A DNA stretch of 64,000 nucleotides from an uncultured Mycoplasmatota bacterium (lineage in GTDB: Bacteria; Bacillota_I; Bacilli_A; RF39; UBA660). Numbering within the stretch: the stretch's first letter is position 1; every line of letters starts with the position of its first letter. A model generated the notes under the pieces. The model had not been told where the DNA came from and made no database searches. It worked only from the letters and a program-made list of their open reading frames with translations. Positions 52,246-60,568 of the stretch are shown here, piece by piece. A program made the position numbers and the translations under genes. The stretch is from NCBI GenBank assembly GCA_946497955.1, contig CAMMMH010000001.1, forward strand, positions 5,147-69,146, given 5' to 3'.

Positions 52246-52791
52246 TTAACTAATAAAATATTCTTCATATATTTTATTATATCTATCTAATAATTTATTA
52301 TTTAATTTTCTAGAATTAAATAAATCTTTAAGTTCTGTATAATACCATTTTAATTGTTCATAATTATCACACTCTGTAATTAAAAACTCTTTACCTAACT
52401 TTAAATACATATTATAATCTGATATTAAGTTTTGTAATTTATCAGCTAGTTCTACTGTAAGAATATTATCATCAACGTTCTTCAAGTTATTAATAAATTT
52501 AGTTTTTCTTTTTATATAATCATCTATACTTTTATCTTCACTTAAAGATAAGACTCCATCAGCTATTTTTTTATCAAAACGTTCTAATATATCATTATAA
52601 TCATATTTAGTATCCTCAATTACATCGTGAAGATAACCAATACATATAGTATCTTCATCACAACCTATATTTTTTAGCATATTCCCAACCATAATACTAT
52701 GAAAAGATAAATCAATATCTTCTTTTATCCTTTTCATTCCTTTAAATGCCAAAAATACAAAGTGTATTACTTCTTCCTCTTTTGTATACAT
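52246..52791 (-). CDS. HD-domain hydrolase (RelA/SpoT-hydrolase-like small HD protein)
   Basis: H...YLHDVIEDT HD motif. Confidence 0.55.
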   Translation of the reverse strand: MYTKEEEVIHFVFLAFKGMKRIKEDIDLSFHSIMVGNMLKNIGCDEDTICIGYLHDVIEDTKYDYNDILERFDKKIADGVLSLSEDKSIDDYIKRKTKFINNLKNVDDNILTVELADKLQNLISDYNMYLKLGKEFLITECDNYEQLKWYYTELKDLFNSRKLNNKLLDRYNKIYEEYFIS

Positions 52792-52811
52792 AACTTCACC
52801 TTTACTTTCAT

Positions 52812-53162
52812 TTACTTATCATTAATTAGCTCAAAACAAATACCTATTAGTTTATGAGTATCTACTTCTTCTTTTCCAAATATATTATATAAAGTATCAA
52901 GAGCATTTTCTTTATTATGTACTTTTGTAGCCATTTTTAAATCAAACTTTTCTAAAAAATCATTAACATTCTCATACATTATTAAGTTTTTTACTTTTAC
53001 TAATACATATTTATTCTCATTATTCACTGACTTAAATTTTATTATATCGCCAATTCTAATTTTACTAGATTTTTCATTATATAATCTTACTTCTATATTT
53101 TTAGTTTTATTTTTCATTGCTTCAAGTACTTCATCATAAACTTTATATTCAAAATCAAACAT
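52812..53162 (-). CDS. ASCH/PUA-like small protein
   Basis: ...IEVRLYNEKSSKIRIGDIIKF... ASCH-like signature. Confidence 0.45.
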   Translation of the reverse strand: MFDFEYKVYDEVLEAMKNKTKNIEVRLYNEKSSKIRIGDIIKFKSVNNENKYVLVKVKNLIMYENVNDFLEKFDLKMATKVHNKENALDTLYNIFGKEEVDTHKLIGICFELINDK

Positions 53163-53238
53163 AAAATATCTCCTCTCTATAATATCTTAACTAATAAAAT
53201 ACTAACCAAAATTATTAATAATATAAAACTTATAATAT

Positions 53239-53706
53239 CTATTTACTTTCTTTTAACATTTTTTCCACTAAACTATCTATATTAGCAAAGAATAAATTAG
53301 TTCCTCTCTTTTTCAAACCTAACATATTTTTAAACATACTTTTGATTTCTGTTTGTAAATCAGTAGAAACCTTTAAAGGTACTCCATCAACAGTATGTAC
53401 ATGGTCAATATATTTTTCTATAGTAGGAAAAGCATTTTGCAATAAAATAGCAGAATCTCTACCAGCAATTTTTCTAATTATTATCGTATTACAAAAACCA
53501 TATTTTTTTATTTTCTTATCAATTATTTTTTGATACTTTTTCACTTTAGAACTTATAGGAATAAACCATAGTATATCTTTATCTTTAATTGTAAAATATG
53601 TTGGTCGTTTCTTTCCTCTTTCATGATTTTGCATCAAATTTTCATCATTAACAACATCAAAGTATTCATCTTTAATATGATATAAATATCCAGTTTTAAC
53701 TTTCAT
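53239..53706 (-). CDS. type III toxin-antitoxin toxin, ToxN/AbiQ family endoribonuclease
   Basis: YLYHIKDEYF...VVNDEN...KKRPTYFTI...FIPISSKVKKYQ matches the ToxN/AbiQ pattern (Y.I..Y...L..D..V..N...RPY...Y.PLSS.K.K.Q). Likely start is the ATG at 53706 behind a GGGGTG RBS; the tracked start 53790 lies in the leader. Confidence 0.65.
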   Translation of the reverse strand: MKVKTGYLYHIKDEYFDVVNDENLMQNHERGKKRPTYFTIKDKDILWFIPISSKVKKYQKIIDKKIKKYGFCNTIIIRKIAGRDSAILLQNAFPTIEKYIDHVHTVDGVPLKVSTDLQTEIKSMFKNMLGLKKRGTNLFFANIDSLVEKMLKESK

Positions 53707-53820
53707 TTTACAAACACCCCCAAACAACAAATATGACATGTAATTTAAATATACTAAATTATACTTATGTTCGTCAATATATAAATTCATTTTTTAACAA
53801 TTTAATATACAAAACAAAAA

Positions 53821-53840
53821 CTTCACCATAAATGATGAAG
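53821..53840 (-). terminator. hairpin terminator between the antitoxin repeats and the toxin gene
   Basis: cttcaccataaatgatgaag near-palindrome followed on the minus strand by TTTTTGTTTTG; an identical hairpin recurs at 54058-54077. Confidence 0.6.
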
Positions 53841-53856
53841 TTTTTAACATTTTCAA

Positions 53857-53949
53857 CCAGGATCATTTATTAGTCGCACCACCTGGAAGCGAAAAACATT
53901 GTCGACTGGAATCATTTATTAATCGCACCATCCAGAAGCGAAAAACATT
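53857..53949 (-). ncRNA. type III antitoxin RNA: two tandem 44-nt repeats (period 49 nt)
   Basis: R1 ccaggATCATTTATTAgTCGCACCAcctggAAGCGAAAAACATT and R2 ctggaATCATTTATTAaTCGCACCAtccagAAGCGAAAAACATT. The 5-nt inverted pairs differ between copies but stay complementary (ccagg/cctgg versus ctgga/tccag). The repeats sit between a promoter and a terminator directly upstream of the toxN-like gene. Confidence 0.65.
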
Positions 53950-53979
53950 TCCATGATGAGCAATCTCATCTGTGATATA

Positions 53980-54008
53980 AATATACTATCTTTTTCTAAA
54001 AATGTCAA
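53980..54008 (-). promoter_or_regulatory. sigma-A type promoter driving the antitoxin-toxin transcript
   Basis: Minus-strand TTGACA (54008-54003), 17-nt spacer, TATATT (53985-53980). Confidence 0.55.
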
Positions 54009-54057
54009 CTAGTATATAATAATAGTATATACATATCTTAAAAAAATATAATAAAAA

Positions 54058-54077
54058 CTTCACCATAAATGATGAAG
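54058..54077 (-). terminator. terminator of the upstream gene (second copy of the same hairpin)
   Basis: cttcaccataaatgatgaag followed by a T-run on the minus strand, directly after the stop at 54096. Confidence 0.55.
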
Positions 54078-54095
54078 CTTATAGTTCAAAAAAAT

Positions 54096-54896
54096 CTAAT
54101 TATTCTTTTTCTTTTTTATTAAAGTTGGTCCTTCTTCATGAAAAGCTTCAGTTACTTCTTGTCCATTTAATAGTTCTTCTTTAAATTTCTCTAAAGCTTG
54201 CTTCTGCTCACTAATATCTAATTCTGATAAAGATGAAGGCTTACTTTCTTCTTTTTTCTCTATATGTAAATTACTGTCACTCTTTAAAGCTTTTATAAAC
54301 TCTTCTTCACCACCATATTGTTCTACACCACTAGTTACAAATTCCTTCCAAGAATCCATTACTATCTTTTTTTGCTCTTCTTCAGTTAATCTAGATAATG
54401 TACCTGTCGCCTTTAATACAGTAACATCATCATAAGTATCATTAAATTTATAAAAAATCTTTCCTTTTTCATTCTTATTTTTTATCACAAAAGTATGAAC
54501 ATCTTTCTTTTTACTCTCTGATTTAATTTGAATTTTGATAGCATTAAGACCAGTAGGCTCTTTTAAATACTCTTTTTTCTCTTCATCAGTCATTTCTTCT
54601 AAAACACCAGCTACATCTAATTGACTTAAAAACATTGGTCTAGCATTATTATACTTATTTACTTCATCTAATACATAGAAAATATTATATACTATAACTA
54701 ACAATGAAATAAGAGTTTTCTTTGAAGAATCAGGGTTAAAGTGTTCAGACAATTCATTTACTCTCTTTAAATCACACTTATATCCTGCATCGGCAATATC
54801 TTTAAAAACTCTTAATGTATATGATATTTGTATACCAAAACTTGCTACTACAGTTCCTAACCAACATATAATTAAAGCTTCCATATTAATTATCAT
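54096..54896 (-). CDS. membrane-anchored hypothetical protein
   Basis: N-terminal TM, charged coiled-coil C-terminus. Confidence 0.4.
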   Translation of the reverse strand: MIINMEALIICWLGTVVASFGIQISYTLRVFKDIADAGYKCDLKRVNELSEHFNPDSSKKTLISLLVIVYNIFYVLDEVNKYNNARPMFLSQLDVAGVLEEMTDEEKKEYLKEPTGLNAIKIQIKSESKKKDVHTFVIKNKNEKGKIFYKFNDTYDDVTVLKATGTLSRLTEEEQKKIVMDSWKEFVTSGVEQYGGEEEFIKALKSDSNLHIEKKEESKPSSLSELDISEQKQALEKFKEELLNGQEVTEAFHEEGPTLIKKKKNN

Positions 54897-54969
54897 TCCT
54901 CTCTAACTATCTATATTGTTTCTTAATGGGCTTTATATTAACACTTTACCATATGTTTGTCAAACATAA

Positions 54970-55368
54970 TTAAAGCTTAATGTCTATTATATTATCAAAA
55001 GATATTATAGTATTATCTATTAAAATTATTCTTTTATACACTTCATCAACTACCTTAACATTACCTGTTATAGTCTTATAATATCCCCCTCTTTTCTTAT
55101 TATCTCTAACAAAGTAAGTAATTGTTACTTTAGGTCTTAGTTTAATATCATTTTTTATAAGACACAACTTCTCGTTTAGCATTAATTTTATCCCCTCATC
55201 TAATTCTATTTTTATAGAGGTTTCTCTTGCAACTTCTTTTATCTTCTCATCATACCCTGTTAAAGCTGAAAAAGGTGCGAACTGAGCTGACCTATTTTGT
55301 AAAGACATGGGCTTCCTTATTTTAGATACGTGGTGAGGCATATTTATAATATCATCATACTTATTCAT
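54970..55368 (-). CDS. YolD-like protein (accessory partner of Y-family polymerase)
   Basis: MPHHVSKIRKPMSLQNRSAQFAPFSALTGYDE matches the YolD-like family; overlaps the polymerase gene stop. Confidence 0.65.
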   Translation of the reverse strand: MNKYDDIINMPHHVSKIRKPMSLQNRSAQFAPFSALTGYDEKIKEVARETSIKIELDEGIKLMLNEKLCLIKNDIKLRPKVTITYFVRDNKKRGGYYKTITGNVKVVDEVYKRIILIDNTIISFDNIIDIKL

Positions 55369-56848
55369 GATGCCCTCCTATCTGCCTATTTCTATCCCTT
55401 GTTGTTGCCCCATCTTCTAAATCCATACCTTTTAAAATAGCATTTTTCCCATACTTCTCTTTTATCTTTAACATAGCATTTTGAAGATTATTTTCTTCCT
55501 TTAAAACTTCTCTATCATAATCTAACTTATTATTTTCATCATCTAGACTAGAAAATAAATCTAACTGTCTATATCTAACTTTACCTTTTTCTTCCTCTTC
55601 ACTTGCTAGCTTTGTAGCAGCCATAGTAACTCTTCTAACAGATAGTTTAGGATTTATAATCCTATCATATAGTTTAATCATCATTTCTGTAATTATTTTA
55701 GATGATGATGTTTTATAATCTAAATTAATAGTACCATGAGCGTGTTTGGGTATAGCCCGTCCATAATAATCTATTGTAACACTCCCATTATAATTATCAG
55801 TAACATTTTCTATATCATAACCAATAGTTAATACTAACTGTTCTGCTACTAATTTTTTAGAGACGAGGTCTAAAGCTAAAAGCTCAGCCATTTCTCTTAC
55901 TATTAACTTAGCTTTGTCATATGAGTATGGACTTTGTAAAACTTGACCACTACTGATACTTTTAGCAAGTGGTTTATAGTTTTTAATAGATTCTATTGTA
56001 CAAGGCTCATAACCCCAAGCATGGTCTATTAGAAGTTCAGCATTGACTCCAAATAATTTATATAACAAGTCTTCATTATTAATAGAACATCTTGCCACAT
56101 CACCCATTGTATACATATCATACTTCTCTAATCTTTTAGAAATACCCTTACCTACTCGCCAAATATCTGTAATAGGCACATGATGCCATAACATTTTTCT
56201 ATAAGACATTTCATTAAGTTCGGCAATTCTTACTCCAAACTTATTAGGTATGATATGTTTTGCTACTACATCCATAGCAACTTTTGCAAGAAATAAGTTA
56301 GTACCAATTCCAGCAGTCGCTGTAATACCTGTTGTATTATAAACATCTTTAATTATTTTTGTAATTAAGTCTTTAGGAGATAGTTTATAGTACTTTAAGT
56401 AATTAGTTATATCCATAAAGACTTCATCGATGGAATAAACAAATATATCTTCTTTAGCAATGTACTTTAAATAGATATTATATATTTTAGCTGAATAATC
56501 AATATAATGAGCCATTCTAGGAGGAGCGATAATTAAATCAAGTTCTTTAGTCTTATCTTTCTTTAAGATATCATCATTAACTGCTTTACCACTAAACTTT
56601 TTATAACCATTAGCTTTTCTTCTTATCATATTTATTTCTTTCACTTTACTTAAAACTTCAAAAAGTCTTGCTCTTCCTCCTATACCATACTGCTTCAACG
56701 CTGGACTTACTGCTAAACATATCGTCTTTTCTGTCCTAGATTTATCGGCAACAACAAGATTAGTTTTCAAAGGATTAAGTCCTCTTTCAACACATTCTAC
56801 CGATGCATAAAAACTCTTTAAATCAATACAGCAATATATCTTTTCCAT
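55361..56848 (-). CDS. Y-family DNA polymerase (UvrX/YqjW/DinB-like translesion polymerase)
   Basis: CIDLKSFYASVECVERGL N-terminal palm motif, little-finger domain. Confidence 0.85.
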   Translation of the reverse strand: MEKIYCCIDLKSFYASVECVERGLNPLKTNLVVADKSRTEKTICLAVSPALKQYGIGGRARLFEVLSKVKEINMIRRKANGYKKFSGKAVNDDILKKDKTKELDLIIAPPRMAHYIDYSAKIYNIYLKYIAKEDIFVYSIDEVFMDITNYLKYYKLSPKDLITKIIKDVYNTTGITATAGIGTNLFLAKVAMDVVAKHIIPNKFGVRIAELNEMSYRKMLWHHVPITDIWRVGKGISKRLEKYDMYTMGDVARCSINNEDLLYKLFGVNAELLIDHAWGYEPCTIESIKNYKPLAKSISSGQVLQSPYSYDKAKLIVREMAELLALDLVSKKLVAEQLVLTIGYDIENVTDNYNGSVTIDYYGRAIPKHAHGTINLDYKTSSSKIITEMMIKLYDRIINPKLSVRRVTMAATKLASEEEEKGKVRYRQLDLFSSLDDENNKLDYDREVLKEENNLQNAMLKIKEKYGKNAILKGMDLEDGATTRDRNRQIGGHHE

Positions 56849-56873
56849 TTAACTCACCAATATTATTTTATCA

Positions 56874-56887
56874 CGAACATTTATTCG
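56874..56887. promoter_or_regulatory. Cheo/LexA (DinR) box, CGAACATTTATTCG
   Basis: One mismatch to the Firmicutes SOS box CGAACRNRYGTTCG. Embedded in the palindrome tcacgaa-N6-ttcgtga, 26-39 nt upstream of the Y-polymerase start. Confidence 0.55.
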
Positions 56888-57034
56888 TGAAAAGCGGTTT
56901 TAGTTAAATGGAAAAAATTAACAAAATATCTTTAAATTGAAAAAGACCTAGGGCTTCTAAAGTTTCCTAGGCACGTCTCGACATATAATATACATTATCT
57001 ATAATAAAATTGCAAGGCTTTGAAAATAGTTATA

Positions 57035-58348
57035 TTATTTCTTTAATATATATGATACATTTCTACCACTATTAATTCTAACCAAAATTTCGTCATCCAC
57101 CATCTTATTCAAAATATTATTAGCTCTCGTTTTAGATATATTTAGTAAAGCTTCTACAATTTTACGATTAACTTTTTCATTTTTCTTTAGATATTCAATA
57201 ATTTGTTCTTCTTGTGTTAAATTTGAAGGTAACTTTTTTACACTATTTTCATCTATATGATTAACATTATATAAAACTACCTTAAATGTATTTTCGGTAT
57301 TTAATAATAATGGTTTCTTATCATAATTTTCATATGATTCAAATATCCTTTCTATTCCTGTACCAAAGCTTTCAACATATTTTAATCTATAAAAAACATT
57401 AGCTAAATTTGGATTACGAGACTCAGATACACCATAATATAAGTCCTCCATATTTAACCCCTTAACTAATCCTCCTAAAGAAGTAATTTCAAAGTGATCA
57501 TCAAATAATGATATTAATATACTGCCTGTAAAATTATAATCTCTATGTATAATAGCATTCAATAACGCTTCTCTAAGTGCATATTCTGGATAGTCTCTTG
57601 TATCAACCCTCTCAAGTCCTACAATTTTTCCTTTAATTCTATTAAATAGATTTAAATATTCAAAAGCTTCATTGGCTTGCTTTAAAACTGAGCCAGTAAA
57701 TTCTTTTCTATCTTTAAATTCAAGCTTATTTTTACCATTAAAAATTGCACATTTTATTGAATATGGACATTCATCTGATAAAAGCAATCCTAAATTAGTA
57801 TATCTATTATTTAAATCAATAATATTTAATGCTTTAAATTTATTATCATTAATTTCTAAATTATGTTGTTTAAAAAGACCTTTTAAATAATCAAAATGAA
57901 GATTTTGTTCTTTTGAAATATTGCTTTCAAAAGAATTACTATTGCTTTCTACTAGCATTTTTTTTATAACTTCCTCACTTGCTTGTACAGATACATTTCC
58001 ATGTCTTAAATAAACGCCTGAAGATTTTAATCCTTTATCAGATAAATAATAAGGTTTATTAGGTGCCTCACTAACTTTAACTATAATTATATCTTTATTA
58101 TTAACTTTTTCAATATAAATTTTAGTATAAAGAGTTAAATCGGATTTAATTCCTTCTCTTATCATACCGCTTAAAGCCTCTAAATCTTTTTCAGCATCTG
58201 TTAAACCTACAATCTTTCCATCATCATCAATACCAATATAAATAGTACCATCATTTGTATTGGCAAAGGCAACGATTTCTTTCTTTATATCTTTTGTAAG
58301 CTCAACTTTTAATTCTGTTTTTTGATCTTCATTATACATTATCATCAC
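57035..58348 (-). CDS. AlbA_2 (Schlafen-like) and HATPase_c_4 domain putative transcriptional regulator
   Basis: N-terminal ELKVELTKDIKKEIVAFANTNDGTIYIGIDDDGKIVGL (AlbA_2) and NAIIHRDY (HATPase_c_4) followed by a C-terminal wHTH. Confidence 0.65.
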   Translation of the reverse strand: MMIMYNEDQKTELKVELTKDIKKEIVAFANTNDGTIYIGIDDDGKIVGLTDAEKDLEALSGMIREGIKSDLTLYTKIYIEKVNNKDIIIVKVSEAPNKPYYLSDKGLKSSGVYLRHGNVSVQASEEVIKKMLVESNSNSFESNISKEQNLHFDYLKGLFKQHNLEINDNKFKALNIIDLNNRYTNLGLLLSDECPYSIKCAIFNGKNKLEFKDRKEFTGSVLKQANEAFEYLNLFNRIKGKIVGLERVDTRDYPEYALREALLNAIIHRDYNFTGSILISLFDDHFEITSLGGLVKGLNMEDLYYGVSESRNPNLANVFYRLKYVESFGTGIERIFESYENYDKKPLLLNTENTFKVVLYNVNHIDENSVKKLPSNLTQEEQIIEYLKKNEKVNRKIVEALLNISKTRANNILNKMVDDEILVRINSGRNVSYILKK

Positions 58349-58390
58349 CTAACATTATTATATACAAAGTTTAAAACATTATCAACTCTT

Positions 58391-58434
58391 TCGACCACTT
58401 TTCGACCACTTTTCGACCACTTTTCAGCAACTTT
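58391..58434. repeat. three perfect and one degenerate 11-bp tandem repeats (tcgaccacttt) in the promoter region of the AlbA_2 gene
   Basis: Directly visible; 11-bp periodicity is iteron-like. Confidence 0.85.
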
Positions 58435-58576
58435 TATCATAAAGACTAAAAATTAAATAAACAAGCTAGACGCATCCAACTTGCTCAGATAGAATCCAAA
58501 GATACACCATCGTCATTCATTTGTAATTATACTATAGCTAGTAAAATCATACAATAAGTTGATTAACTTTTTATAA

Positions 58577-60313
58577 CTACTCCTTTTTTTTAACCTTTGC
58601 TTCATCTTGACCTAAAATATTTACTTCAAACGAATCTAATTGATTAGGATTTTCTGCAACAGCCATTGCAACATCTCTAAGCATTATTGTAATAACCCCT
58701 TTTCCTTGCACATTCATATTTGTCCTAGCATTTATCATCACATTTTGCAAAAATGGTAAACAAACTTTTAAAGCATCGCTAACAGGATTTTCTGAATTAT
58801 TATTTTTAAAATAACCACATGCATTATTAAGCATAGCCGGAGAATAATATAATAAAATAGCTGGCATATCATTATATCCACTTTGATTAAACTCATAAAT
58901 TAATGTTTTATATTGCTCCATATTACCCAATATTTCATTCTCGACTGTTTGAATATCATTTTGATTATTTAAGCGCAACATTAAACATAATCTTGTAATT
59001 GTTTTCCTAACATTTTTATCTTGAGCAGTTAAACTCATTTTATTGGCTTTATAGGTTAAAAATTCGTCAAATATTTTTGTAGAATCCTCACATGTAGATA
59101 ATATTCTTGATGCTGTCATAAAATTATCAGCAGTAGGTTGATTTAAGATAACACTTCCATTTTGATTATTGATATGACCTAAAACACCACCAATATCTAG
59201 CATTGCTTCCGCAGACATTAGAACTTTTTCAAATGTCGTTAAGCTTTGTATTTTATTAAAACTATAATCTACACATTCTCCTTGAATAAATTGTCCAAGA
59301 TTAATACCATTGTTTAATACGTTTATTAGACTACTTGTACTTTCTTTGCTAAAGTTATTTAGTGATGGAAGCATATTGTATTGCAATAAATAATTTAAAA
59401 TTAAATCATGATCTACTGTTTCTATACCTTGACTTTTTATTGCATCCACCATTCTTTGACTTTTACCTAAGTCATTTATTACAACATAATATAATAATAA
59501 ATTTTCTTTTTCAGGTGTATCAAAATTACTTAAAATAAACTCTCTGATTTCATTAAATGTTTCTCTTGATAATTTATTATCTCCAACCTGTTGCTCTACA
59601 AATTTATCATACCTGTTATCTTTGATATAAAAATATAATAAAACACTAAGTATAGTTCTATCAAATTCTTTTAATTGATTAGGTTCCGCATTTTTAAAGA
59701 ATAGTTTACCATAAGTTAAATCACTGTTATCTACCCCAAAACTTTCTGGAGTAAATTCTACATCTCCAGTAAGTAAAGTTATTTCTGGATATGTTTTTAT
59801 TATATTAGCTATTATATTTAATTCATAACTATCAATATCTGCTATATTTTTATTTTTGTCAACTTGTTTTAATGCCACTTTCAATAATTCTTCTAGATTA
59901 TTTATTGGCTTATTACCGGTTTCTGTTTGATATAGCCAATCTAAATATCTATTTTTCTCAGAATTATCAGGCCTTCCATATATAACTTTATTACTATTCT
60001 TGGCTATCCAATAACCATATTCAACGTTAGTAGTAAATGCTGGTAATTGAGAAGAACGTGGAATCCAAAAAACAATTATATTAGCATTATATAATGCCTC
60101 TCTTTCCCACCAAACTTGATTATCATAGTTAAATGTTCTGTCATCATCTTCTAACTCAGGTACATAAACTATCCCATCAAACCCTAAATCTTTTAAGATT
60201 TTAACTGCTTCTTTTCTCCATGTTTTAACATCTAAACTTCGAGGAGTAGGTCCTGCTAAAAAAATTGATTTTTTTCCCTTTAATACAGGGCTATCTGAAT
60301 AATTAATTATCAT
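58577..60313 (-). CDS. large protein with N-terminal nucleoside 2-deoxyribosyltransferase-like (SLOG-superfamily) domain fused to a ~440-aa domain of unknown function
   Basis: KKSIFLAGP...ANIIVFWIP...TNVEYGYWIAK..NKVIYG matches the NDT/Rcl-like Rossmann fold, including a catalytic-type Glu. No motif was found in the remainder. GGAGGTG RBS. Confidence 0.5.
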   Translation of the reverse strand: MIINYSDSPVLKGKKSIFLAGPTPRSLDVKTWRKEAVKILKDLGFDGIVYVPELEDDDRTFNYDNQVWWEREALYNANIIVFWIPRSSQLPAFTTNVEYGYWIAKNSNKVIYGRPDNSEKNRYLDWLYQTETGNKPINNLEELLKVALKQVDKNKNIADIDSYELNIIANIIKTYPEITLLTGDVEFTPESFGVDNSDLTYGKLFFKNAEPNQLKEFDRTILSVLLYFYIKDNRYDKFVEQQVGDNKLSRETFNEIREFILSNFDTPEKENLLLYYVVINDLGKSQRMVDAIKSQGIETVDHDLILNYLLQYNMLPSLNNFSKESTSSLINVLNNGINLGQFIQGECVDYSFNKIQSLTTFEKVLMSAEAMLDIGGVLGHINNQNGSVILNQPTADNFMTASRILSTCEDSTKIFDEFLTYKANKMSLTAQDKNVRKTITRLCLMLRLNNQNDIQTVENEILGNMEQYKTLIYEFNQSGYNDMPAILLYYSPAMLNNACGYFKNNNSENPVSDALKVCLPFLQNVMINARTNMNVQGKGVITIMLRDVAMAVAENPNQLDSFEVNILGQDEAKVKKKE

Positions 60314-60465
60314 ATGGCACCTCCGTAATGATAAATATTATACACTATTTATAGTTATTTTAAAATAATATTTTTCCTATTTCTAAACACTTTTCGGACA
60401 CTTATTGTTTTTTTCACTGATATCAAAATATAACAAGACTTAAAAGCTCTAGTAAATTTCTAAAA

Positions 60466-60552
60466 TGGTGCAGGAAACGAGACTCGAACTCGCACGATTA
60501 ACTAATCACTACCCCCTCAAAGTAGTGCGTCTACCTATTCCGCCATTCCTGC
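60466..60552 (-). tRNA. tRNA-Leu (anticodon GAG), type II with long variable arm
   Basis: Hand-folded cloverleaf: acceptor stem GCAGGAA/TTCCTGC, anticodon stem CTACT/GGTAG, loop TTGAGGG, T-arm GCGAG-TTCGAGT-CTCGT, encoded CCA end. Confidence 0.8.
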
Positions 60553-60568
60553 ATAAAGAATAGTTAAT

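Noticed and set aside
60314-60465. attL/attR-type direct repeat of the tRNA-Leu 3' end marking an integrated element
   Set aside because: I could not find a second copy of the tRNA 3' end segment within the window, and no integrase gene is present; island status is left as inference only
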